Shown: in pieces, positions 30,270 to 38,102 of the stretch
Layout of the letters: every line of letters begins with the position of its first letter
Position numbering within the stretch: position 1 is the stretch's first letter
DNA from: Candidatus Saccharimonadota bacterium
GTDB taxonomy: Bacteria > Patescibacteriota > Saccharimonadia > Saccharimonadales > SLHW01
Assembly: GCA_024635455.1 (NCBI GenBank)
Contig: JAGXIU010000002.1
Location: 172,309 to 236,308 of the forward strand
DNA: 64,000 bases
Reading direction: 5' to 3'
Translations under genes and position numbers: made by a program
The notes under the pieces: model-generated
What the model saw: the letters and a program-made list of their open reading frames with translations, nothing else
Database searches by the model: none
What the model was told of the DNA's origin: nothing

Positions 30270-30345
30270 GGGGGTGTAGCTCAGGGGTTAGAGCAGTCGG
30301 CTCATAACCGATTGGTCGCTGGTTCAAATCCAGCCACCCCCACCA
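30270..30345 (+). tRNA. tRNA with CAT anticodon, probably tRNA-Ile2 (lysidine)
   Basis: Full cloverleaf GGGGGTG/CACCCCC, GTCGG-CTCATAA-CCGAT, GCTGG-TTCAAAT-CCAGC, encoded CCA; lacks the C3-G70 Met element. Confidence 0.9.
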
Positions 30346-31895
30346 GTTTGGAATGACGGTAACGCAACTAATGACGCAACTGGCTCTTTAAAGGAGTAAT
30401 GCGTCATTTTTTGTTGGTCAAAATAGAGTTTCAAAAACAAATTACTGACAATGATGTCCTTTTGAACCACATCGGCAGCTTTGAGCTTTTGAGCCATTTC
30501 TTTTAGGGTAGCCTTAAACTCATCTTTATCAATGGCAGGCAAGGTACTGCGCTCAATACTCCTCTGATATTTCTCAATGAGTTGCTCTTGCTGTTGTACG
30601 ATTTGCGATGCCTCGCCAATCTGCTCGGTGATAGTTTGCAGGGCGCGTTCGTGCTTGACGATTGATAGGCTCGGTGACAGTTCTGCTATTTTCTTTTCGT
30701 ACCCAGCTTTGGTTGTTCTTGCTCTGCTAAGGTCTGAACGCAATTTTGTTTTAGCTGTATCGCTATAAGACTTAATCTCTTTGAGGTACTCATCGTATGC
30801 ACTATCAGGCAGGCTCAGTAGCTTTTCTTTTATTACTCTATCAATCTCGCTAAACACCAGCTTGCCGCGAATACTCTTGTAGCCCCTTTCTCTCGGACAA
30901 TCCTTGTTTAAGCAAGCGTAGTTGAGGCGATGAACTTTATCCCTGCCTCGCGTGCGTCCGACTTGCATCGGTTTATCAAACTTACATACATCGCAATAAA
31001 CCATATAGCGAAGTGGCAAGATTGGCTTACGATTTTTCTTGCCAGCACGCCGCCTAGTTCTGCTAAGCTCTTGGACCATAAAGAATGTATCTCGGTCAAT
31101 CATTGGCTCAAATGGTACTGGCGCTGTTATCAAGTCAATGGTCTGACCAGCTTGGTTCAGCTCACCATAATAAAAGGTGTCTTTGAATAAGTTGCTCAGC
31201 GTACTGTCAGCCATCGTAAATGTAGTATGACCGCCGCGTTTTGCTATGAACTTCTGATAGCCCTGAGAGTTTATGTAGTCGCAAATCTCTTGCTGGTTTA
31301 CGCCCTTAGCCCGCATATGCCACGCCGTCTGTATGATAGTGAAGTTATCGCCGTCTTTGCGGTAGATGCCCTCAGTGTCGCGTATATAGCCGTGTTTTGG
31401 CGTGCCACCTGATTTATAGTCGCGCAGGTTGCCCCTTACGCCGCGTGTAACCTTACTAGATAAGTCATCGGAGTAGTGCTTGCTAAATACAAACAACATA
31501 CCCAAAAGCATTTTGCCGTTTGCATCGTTTGAAAACTGATGCGAAACAAAACGAATATCTTTAATAACATCCGTATCAAGCATATGAATAATTTTGCCCG
31601 CCTCAACCATATTTCTGGCAAGTCGGTCAGGATGCCAAGCAATAATACCGTCAAACTCTTTGAGCCTGATACGCTTTAGCATATTAGTAAACTCAGGGCG
31701 ATTGTTTGGTTTCTTTGCCGATTTTTGCTCGGATATAGTATCAACGATATTTAGCCCTAAGCGTTTAGCTAGGTCTCTACAATCCCGCTCTTGGTCTTTG
31801 ATAGACCTAATCTGCCTGCCCTCATCCTCTGTGGACTTACGCAGGTACAGCACATATTTAAGCGTTCTTAGGTCTAGCTCTTGCTCATCGTACAT
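30324..31895 (-). CDS. Large serine recombinase (integrase)
   Basis: YLRKST catalytic Ser, DRLARN, recombinase domain, CDVC...YAC..KDC zinc ribbon, coiled coil; stop codon lies inside the tRNA T-arm. Confidence 0.95.
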   Translation of the reverse strand: MYDEQELDLRTLKYVLYLRKSTEDEGRQIRSIKDQERDCRDLAKRLGLNIVDTISEQKSAKKPNNRPEFTNMLKRIRLKEFDGIIAWHPDRLARNMVEAGKIIHMLDTDVIKDIRFVSHQFSNDANGKMLLGMLFVFSKHYSDDLSSKVTRGVRGNLRDYKSGGTPKHGYIRDTEGIYRKDGDNFTIIQTAWHMRAKGVNQQEICDYINSQGYQKFIAKRGGHTTFTMADSTLSNLFKDTFYYGELNQAGQTIDLITAPVPFEPMIDRDTFFMVQELSRTRRRAGKKNRKPILPLRYMVYCDVCKFDKPMQVGRTRGRDKVHRLNYACLNKDCPRERGYKSIRGKLVFSEIDRVIKEKLLSLPDSAYDEYLKEIKSYSDTAKTKLRSDLSRARTTKAGYEKKIAELSPSLSIVKHERALQTITEQIGEASQIVQQQEQLIEKYQRSIERSTLPAIDKDEFKATLKEMAQKLKAADVVQKDIIVSNLFLKLYFDQQKMTHYSFKEPVASLVALPSFQTGGGGWI

Positions 31896-31914
31896 ATGCC
31901 AATTCTACCATTGA

Positions 31915-32061
31915 CTATAAGATGATGCGCCCACCGTTATTATCGTCTATGGACTGTTCGTTAACTTTGGCTTTTGGACTTGATGTATCTATTTCTTGCA
32001 AAACTTTAATTAGCTCTACAAAACTGCCTACTTCTTGCTCTTGTTGAGAAACGGTACTCAC
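31915..32061 (-). CDS. Small protein upstream of the integrase (48 aa)
   Basis: GGGAG-N7-GTG; MSTVSQQEQEVGSFVELIKVLQEIDTSS...GGRIIL; below ORF-track cutoff. Confidence 0.55.
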   Translation of the reverse strand: MSTVSQQEQEVGSFVELIKVLQEIDTSSPKAKVNEQSIDDNNGGRIIL

Positions 32062-32305
32062 GTTGATACTCCCAAGCCATTCGCATACAAAAGTACACTA
32101 TGGCATCGTTAGCCACGCTCGTAAGTCCGTTTTTTGCCGAGGTCGTATCTCGTTTTACTTACATTTCATGTATTGTGCTGCCCCAGACTTTTTAGCGGTC
32201 CTGTCTCCGTATTTGGCTGCTACATGAAATACATAGATTGTTAATAGTGTTTTTATTATAACTCAACTAAATTATTCCCGCGTGTAAGCGGCAACAAACC
32301 TTGCC

Positions 32306-32464
32306 CTATGTGTGCCAGTAGTGGTTTGGGGATACGGTGTAATAAATTGCCGGTATCCACAGCAGTAGCCAGCCGAAAAGAACATGCTTTACGATACTAT
32401 GACCCTTTTGCTCGCGTACATAGTTTGATTTGGGTTGTTTTGGTGCGTCCACTTTTTCCTCCAT
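32306..32464 (-). CDS. Small membrane protein (52 aa)
   Basis: ATG 1 nt after the upstream stop; one TM, ends SPNHYWHT. Confidence 0.6.
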   Translation of the reverse strand: MEEKVDAPKQPKSNYVREQKGHSIVKHVLFGWLLLWIPAIYYTVSPNHYWHT

Positions 32465-32465
32465 T

Positions 32466-32888
32466 TTAGTTAGTCGGTTGATGCGCAATGGTTAGCTTTA
32501 CGCTGTCGCCAGTCTGTACTAGGTCGCCTACTACAAATGCGTCTACCGATTGTCGGTCATCCGCCTTGTTTGGGTCTAGTTTCTCAAACATATCTGAGGC
32601 TTTGCCATTTATGTCGGTCAGTGCTTGCTTTTCAAAATCAGCGTCAACGGTATAGCCTTTACCCTTTAGCTCCTTGTAAACTACTAGCCCCTCATTGCCT
32701 TTGTAGTCGGCTGCGTTGAGCATTGGCAAGGTAGCAGTATTCTTATTGCTATCTGTCGTCTGTGAGCTATTAGGGTTGCTAGTGGTGTCAGTCTTGTTGC
32801 CTGATTGACCGGCTGCGCCAATCGCGCCGAGTACAACAACTACGACTAACCAAAACCACCACTTCTTAAATATCTTCTTGTCTTTCAC
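32466..32888 (-). CDS. Membrane-anchored exported protein
   Basis: GGAGG SD then GTG at 32888; KKWWFWLVVVVVLG anchor, S/T/N-rich linker. Confidence 0.75.
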   Translation of the reverse strand: MKDKKIFKKWWFWLVVVVVLGAIGAAGQSGNKTDTTSNPNSSQTTDSNKNTATLPMLNAADYKGNEGLVVYKELKGKGYTVDADFEKQALTDINGKASDMFEKLDPNKADDRQSVDAFVVGDLVQTGDSVKLTIAHQPTN

Positions 32889-32928
32889 TATATGGACCTC
32901 CGTTTTAATTATTGTTAAGCGGTGTCCA

Positions 32929-33052
32929 TAAAAAAGGACGACCCGCAGGTCGTCTAAAACCAGTACCAGCTTACGCCGAATACTTTTACGCGAGTCGCCC
33001 ATTTTTTGGCATAAACACGCAAAAATGCGATTGATGATACTGGTTTTAGACA
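32929..33052 (-). ncRNA. Structured leader/attenuator or small RNA
   Basis: TATAAT at 33064-33059; 14-bp inverted repeat 32952-32965/33038-33051; terminator GACGACC-TGCG-GGTCGTC-CTTTTTT. Confidence 0.55.
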
Positions 33053-33281
33053 ATACTTATTATACTGTTTTGGCTAGAGTAGCGCCAGCTGTTAGACGAC
33101 TGATTTTTATTGCGTTTTATCCAAAATACTTGGTATTTCAATGAGAGAGACAAATATTCGGTACTCCCTATTTTTGCGAAAAAAACGCTGGCGGAATTGC
33201 TCCGACAAATAGGGTATTTAGACAGCGGAATGTCACTTTAACAGAGGTAGGGGGGCATGCCCCCCGCCTTGTTTGTGTAAA

Positions 33282-34079
33282 TTAAGAGCTTATTGGAAAA
33301 CGTATCATCAGTGATTTATTGAACATTAATTCAAGTTTTATAGTTGCCGTTTGGTCATACTTATATCGCGTAAGCCACGGCGTAATATCAGCGCAATTAT
33401 TCAACCCTAGAGCTTTTGTCTCATCATTTCCAGAATAATAAAATGCGACTAGCTCGTTTTCTATACCAGCATAAGCCTGGGTGATGTATCTATCGCCGAT
33501 GTTCATTAGTGCGCCCACTGTGCCGAAGTAGGCACTATTGCCTAAATGTAGGCTCATATATAGGGCAAAATCATCAGTATTTGGCAGGTAGTCCTTATCA
33601 AGAATGGCTTTCCTAATTTCGGGGTTTCTGTCAGTTAGCCCAGGGTGTTCAACGGAGCAAAACGAAACCAGCATACGCTTAGCGATATTGAGGGGCTTAA
33701 TATCCTGTAGCACCATAGTTACAATTTCACCCTCAAGGTAACTCTCCATAGTTTGACCCTTAGGGATTGTGATTGAGGAGGTGATAATGTGGTGTACACC
33801 ATTATGAAACCGCGCAAACTCTTTATCATAAAGCGCGCCCGACAACTCATTGCACTCTTTACATAGGGTATGCTCAGCCAAACCATTCTGCTTTATTTTG
33901 CCGCGTGGCTTATAGTCGTTACCATCCTCGTCTTTGTGAAGTGTCTTTATTAGCTCATCGCCGCTATACAGTGTAATCTTTGCGCCGCCGCCAGCTGCGC
34001 GGGGTATGTAGTGTTCTTGCGAGAGCTGCTTTTCCTCACCGCAAATCCTGCATTTTCCGTATACTTTTTTCTTAGCCAT
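33282..34079 (-). CDS. HNH endonuclease-like protein
   Basis: CRIC...EHYIP...LCKECN zinc-binding HNH pattern. Confidence 0.75.
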   Translation of the reverse strand: MAKKKVYGKCRICGEEKQLSQEHYIPRAAGGGAKITLYSGDELIKTLHKDEDGNDYKPRGKIKQNGLAEHTLCKECNELSGALYDKEFARFHNGVHHIITSSITIPKGQTMESYLEGEIVTMVLQDIKPLNIAKRMLVSFCSVEHPGLTDRNPEIRKAILDKDYLPNTDDFALYMSLHLGNSAYFGTVGALMNIGDRYITQAYAGIENELVAFYYSGNDETKALGLNNCADITPWLTRYKYDQTATIKLELMFNKSLMIRFPISS

Positions 34080-34082
34080 ACC

Positions 34083-35579
34083 TCAAAGACCCGCGTCAAT
34101 CAAAGCCAACATTTCTGTGATTGATTGCCGAAACTCTGTGTCCGTGTAATCAGCATTTTGTGTATTTTCGGGGTGGTGGATTTTATTGCGGATGTAGGTA
34201 TAGAGCGTTGTGTTATATGCAGGCTGCGGTGTACCTGCGTTAACCCTAATCCAGCTTTTACTCTGCGAGATGCTTTTTGAGACAAAGTAGTTTTCTAAAT
34301 CTGCCTCCCGATAATTGCCTGTCTGTTCTTGAATAAAGCCATATAGTTCGTTATGCAGCTCAACAGTTGGTAAATCGTAGGCACTAAAGTTAACCTCGCC
34401 CCACGATGGGCTCCAAGGAAAATGCCCAAAACCACTGTCGTTAGCATCCGTTACAACTATCTCGTCATTGTTATCGCGTTTAAAAAGAAAAAGTCCCGGA
34501 CTGCTCGTAATGGCGTCTTTAAATATATATGGCGAGTGCGTAGATAAGAATATCTGTTTGTCTTTGCTTTCCTCAAGCAGTAAGCGCAATAGCTCTTTCT
34601 GCGCTTTAGGATGCAGATGTGCCTCAGGCTCATCAATGAGATATACGATTTTCCCACTTGAGGCATTGCCAATATTACGGAGCATTAGCAGGGCTATAAT
34701 CATCTCAACACCAGAACCAAGGTCTTTGGACAAAATTTGTAGTAATGAGGCGTCCTTTCGCAAGGCAAGCATACCTGTTCCGAACGGCTGTAAGTAATTG
34801 ATAATGTCTAGTTTAAGGTTCTTGTATTTTTCGTTGTCCAAGAAATCCGCAAGGTCGTCAGCAACTTTCTGACCAGCGCCGGATTGCGCGGCGTCTTTAG
34901 CTTGCTGGAAGTAGTCGCCTGTAAGGCTATCAATAATTGCCTGTTTCTTGGTCGCATCATTATTAATGGTTTTAACAAAGCGCCAATTCAAATCATCACA
35001 AATGCGCTCAAAAGTTGTTTTATAGTTACCTTGTGTGAGTTGTCGGGTACGGTTCTTGTCAAAGTAAAAAATATTAAGCTCATCACCATCTATATTTTCG
35101 GCAGAAAACATCCGAACATAATCAATGATGGGCTTGCCACTATCCTGACCACTTGCGTTCAGATAATTAGCTGCGGTGTTATTGAAGACAGATGACACCT
35201 GAAAAGGGGTGGATAATAGCTTGCCAGGCGATTTACTACCTCGGGGCTTTGCGGTAAATGTAATACCGTCAGCCTCATACGAGCAACCCCTATAAACAGG
35301 TGGCATTTTGCACTTGAAGTTAGCGCTGCTTTTATAGGACACCGATAGCTCTTGTTCCATATCCTTAAAGTCACTAATATCCATAGTGTTGTTGGTTGAG
35401 TACGAGCTTTGTGTCAGAAAGTTTATAGCCTCAAGCACTGTTGTTTTGCCATTGCCGTTTTCACCTATAAGTATATTGAGACCACTACCCGGCGTAGTGC
35501 CGTCAGGCACATTAAACTCACCAATGGTTTCATCTGCGAAACATCTTAAGTTTTTGATTGTGAGGTTTTTGATAAACAT
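34083..35579 (-). CDS. ABC-type (AAA_15/AAA_21-like) ATPase with C-terminal HEPN-like domain
   Basis: GENGNGKT, LGSG signature, LIDEPEAHLHP, STHSP; C-terminal RNKIHH (R-x4-H). Confidence 0.85.
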   Translation of the reverse strand: MFIKNLTIKNLRCFADETIGEFNVPDGTTPGSGLNILIGENGNGKTTVLEAINFLTQSSYSTNNTMDISDFKDMEQELSVSYKSSANFKCKMPPVYRGCSYEADGITFTAKPRGSKSPGKLLSTPFQVSSVFNNTAANYLNASGQDSGKPIIDYVRMFSAENIDGDELNIFYFDKNRTRQLTQGNYKTTFERICDDLNWRFVKTINNDATKKQAIIDSLTGDYFQQAKDAAQSGAGQKVADDLADFLDNEKYKNLKLDIINYLQPFGTGMLALRKDASLLQILSKDLGSGVEMIIALLMLRNIGNASSGKIVYLIDEPEAHLHPKAQKELLRLLLEESKDKQIFLSTHSPYIFKDAITSSPGLFLFKRDNNDEIVVTDANDSGFGHFPWSPSWGEVNFSAYDLPTVELHNELYGFIQEQTGNYREADLENYFVSKSISQSKSWIRVNAGTPQPAYNTTLYTYIRNKIHHPENTQNADYTDTEFRQSITEMLALIDAGL

Positions 35580-35642
35580 CTGTATTTATTGTACTTGATG
35601 TTGCCCTGTTTCAAACGCTTTCGTCTTATACTCCTAGCCACC

Positions 35643-35784
35643 TTAGAGTACATAGCTAACCTCAGTAAATGCACTAGCTCTGACCCTACCCATACAACGG
35701 CGTGTACTATCCCAGCCCTCTGCTATGTCTGCTAGAATATCCTCTAGTGGGCGAGTTTCAAATAAGGTTACTCCATCCCCACCA
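35643..35784 (-). other. attR of island 1 with in-frame 44-codon alternative integrase tail
   Basis: TTCAAAT-N13-CCCCACCA versus TTCAAAT-N8-CCCCACCA in the tRNA; minus-strand frame open from the core to TAA at 35643. Confidence 0.7.
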
Positions 35785-35800
35785 CGTCGGAATGTACTCT

Positions 35801-35849
35801 GGCCAAATATCAAAAAAGCGCAATCAAGTGGCGCTTTTTTTATTTGGCC
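35801..35849. terminator. Long hairpin, probable terminator of the tRNA at the empty site
   Basis: GGCCAAATA..AAAAAAGCGC-N9-GCGCTTTTTT-TATTTGGCC. Confidence 0.65.
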
Positions 35850-35976
35850 TGCATAATTCCTCCTCTTCCGCTTTATATAAAGCATTTTATAAAGCGGGTG
35901 TCGCGCGGGTTATTTGTTTGGTGGATGATACTCTATATCGGATTTGAACCAGGGAATTGCCTAGTATTGGATAAAA

Positions 35977-36008
35977 TAAACCCGACAGACTATAGTGTGT
36001 CGGGTTTA
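35977..36008. repeat. Dispersed 32-bp palindromic repeat, copy 3
   Basis: TAAACCCGACA-G-ACTATAGT-G-TGTCGGGTTTA. Confidence 0.95.
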
Positions 36009-36034
36009 CGATAGCTGTTATTCGGTGAAACGCT

Positions 36035-36835
36035 TTATGCGGTCATTTCTTCTTTGGCTTGGGTGACTTCACGTAGAATTTCACTGGCAGCATATTTCGG
36101 CACGCGGCGATCTTCGGCTCGTGTGACATTGCGGCCAAGCATGAGGTAGTCTGCGCCACGCTGGATTGCTTCAGCCGGTCGAGCGGTTCGTTTTTGGTCG
36201 ACTGGTATCTTGCTCCAAGCGGGAGTGATGCTGCCAACAGCGACGAGCAGGTCACTTAAGTCACGGTCTTCTCGTATGACGTTGAGCTCGTGGGCAGAGC
36301 ACAGAACGCCGTCCAGGCCACTGTCACGTGCCATTCGGGCAAATTGTAGTACTTTTTTATCAGGTCTATCACCGAATATTGATACGCTTTCACTGCCATC
36401 AAGCGAGGTCAGTACGGTGGCTCCGAGCAGCCCACCGATGAGGTGTCTTTTGGAGCGCATAAAGACATTGTCGATATTATCTCGCCCGCGGTCACGTCCG
36501 GCAACTGCTTGCTCGAGCATGGCCGGACCGCCACTGGCGTGAACAGTAATAAATGCCGCTCCTGTTTCGGTTATATTCTGGGTGTGTGCGCCAACTGCTT
36601 TCGGTGTATTGTGCAACATAGCATCAGCTACAGTCAGCATACCGAGAGATGAGATAGCCTGAACGGCCGATCGCCAGCCTTCTTTATCTGCCAGCGAGTT
36701 TATCTTTGCCATGCCGATGTATGGCTTGGTCTGGCTCATGATGGAGTTGGCTTCATCCCAGGTCATATTATCGAGCCCGAGTATCAGGTGATCTTTGGGT
36801 TCTTTTATGGCTTTTCGGTATGTTTCAGCAGACAC
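36035..36835 (-). CDS. pyrF: OMP decarboxylase homologue with degenerate active site
   Basis: ILGLD, TVHASGGPAML, TVLTSL, GLDGVLCSAHE, DQKR, GADYLMLGR; DxKxxD reads DAMLHN. Confidence 0.8.
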   Translation of the reverse strand: MSAETYRKAIKEPKDHLILGLDNMTWDEANSIMSQTKPYIGMAKINSLADKEGWRSAVQAISSLGMLTVADAMLHNTPKAVGAHTQNITETGAAFITVHASGGPAMLEQAVAGRDRGRDNIDNVFMRSKRHLIGGLLGATVLTSLDGSESVSIFGDRPDKKVLQFARMARDSGLDGVLCSAHELNVIREDRDLSDLLVAVGSITPAWSKIPVDQKRTARPAEAIQRGADYLMLGRNVTRAEDRRVPKYAASEILREVTQAKEEMTA

Positions 36836-36881
36836 AGTGCCTCACTTTCTCCACCAATATGTTGTAAGTAGAGTATATCAC

Positions 36882-37367
36882 CTAGAATTCGTGCACTGTT
36901 TGCACTTCGTGGCGTAGGAGCTTATTCTGAGCGTTAAAGCTAAAATCACCGATGACTTTTTTGCCCCCGAGCACTTGTGGAAGCCAATATGGATCATCTT
37001 CCCACATATCTTCATACGGAATCTCTGCTAGCTTAAACCATTTGGGTGACATCTCTTCTGTCTCAGTTGGCTCACCATCCCATTCAGTAGCAATGAAAGT
37101 CGTGACGTACATATCTGGTTGTGGCGGCTTACTCTCAGCAAAAACAAAGTTAAGCTCAGCGACTTTTTGTATGTTGCGTGGCGTTACGGTGACCTCCTCT
37201 TGGCATTCTCGCACGGCGGCTTGCTCGATTGTCTCGCCGGGGTCAAGCTTGCCTCCAACTCCGTTGTACAGGCCGGCACCGAAACCGCGCTTCTTCATGG
37301 CGAGGAGCACTTCATCGTCTTTTAGCAGGAACAGTAGGGTTACGTGTAATTTGTCAGGTTGCTGCAT
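36882..37367 (-). CDS. NUDIX hydrolase, 8-oxo-dGTP diphosphatase (MTH1-like)
   Basis: KKRGFGAG, GGKLDPGETIEQAAVRECQEE Nudix box, ETEEM.P.WF, MWEDD. Confidence 0.92.
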   Translation of the reverse strand: MQQPDKLHVTLLFLLKDDEVLLAMKKRGFGAGLYNGVGGKLDPGETIEQAAVRECQEEVTVTPRNIQKVAELNFVFAESKPPQPDMYVTTFIATEWDGEPTETEEMSPKWFKLAEIPYEDMWEDDPYWLPQVLGGKKVIGDFSFNAQNKLLRHEVQTVHEF

Positions 37368-37421
37368 GTTCTCTTAAGTATACGAGAAGCCTCGGCTCGA
37401 ACAAACCACAATCAATTATGG

Positions 37422-38102
37422 TTATAAAAAACTATGAGCGACGAGCACTAGCAGCCACGACACTATAATTAGACCGGTTGCACTTATGAGACTGAGTGCT
37501 TGTCTGGTATTAGTGCTTATTTCTTGCTTCCGAATACGAGGTACAAGTTTAGTAGCAATAACAAGCGTGATAAATAGAGGGGCAAGCGTTGTGGCTACAG
37601 CAGCGAGCAGTAGAAGTATTGCTGGCAAGCTAATACTCAACAGTAGTTCATTCGTAAGCAACTGTTGCTGTTGCCCATAAAATATCGGTTCAATCATGCC
37701 GATCAAAAAACCGATAAGCAACATCACCCATAGTGGTATAGGGTTAGCTGCGAGTCGCCTGATATTTTCGGATAGACGAGTAAGCTCAGCAGGGAATGAT
37801 ACCTGTTTGTGCTCCATATAAGTCTGCACCATCCGTAAGTAGAGTAGGACGAGTATCAGCGTAACTAGAAGCGTAAGGTATGCTCGGATGTCACTGAGTA
37901 GTCCGGGCAAGATTGCTCCGTACGCAAGTTGACCTATGTAGGCAAGGCCTACACCAGCCACAAAAGCCAATCCAAGGGAGCGTAATAGGCTCGTTGAACG
38001 AATATACACAGTGGCGATGAGTAGCATGCAGAGCAGGGCTAATAGCTGGATCATGTGCTGGGCTACAGAGCTGATAAGTTCGGTGGTAGACACGAGTATC
38101 AT
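37422..38102 (-). CDS. Multi-pass membrane protein
   Basis: About 6 hydrophobic segments; ATGA overlap with the upstream gene. Confidence 0.65.
   Translation of the reverse strand: MILVSTTELISSVAQHMIQLLALLCMLLIATVYIRSTSLLRSLGLAFVAGVGLAYIGQLAYGAILPGLLSDIRAYLTLLVTLILVLLYLRMVQTYMEHKQVSFPAELTRLSENIRRLAANPIPLWVMLLIGFLIGMIEPIFYGQQQQLLTNELLLSISLPAILLLLAAVATTLAPLFITLVIATKLVPRIRKQEISTNTRQALSLISATGLIIVSWLLVLVAHSFL

Larger units (their letters stand above)
30338..35784. mobile_element. Integrative island 1 at the tRNA-Ile2 3' end
   Basis: Direct repeat CCCCACCA at 30338-30345 and 35777-35784, each preceded by TTCAAAT and followed by N4-GGAATG; contains a serine recombinase and defence-type cargo. Confidence 0.85.

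Noticed and set aside
32889..33053. N-terminal extension of the 195-aa ORF
   Set aside because: Region is the structured leader; SD and GTG at 32888 give a better start
35643..35885. 80-aa ORF as a stand-alone gene
   Set aside because: Spans attR and a terminator-like hairpin; better explained as the alternative integrase tail plus flanking DNA
33282..35915. Retron (ATPase + HNH type) or canonical Septu
   Set aside because: No reverse transcriptase in the island; the ATPase has an extra HEPN-like C-terminus; nearby hairpins lie outside attR
35916..35921. GTTTGG direct repeat with 30346-30351 as the island 1 boundary
   Set aside because: The 8-bp CCCCACCA core at 35777 is longer, has matching motifs on both sides, the 5-bp shift and frame continuity
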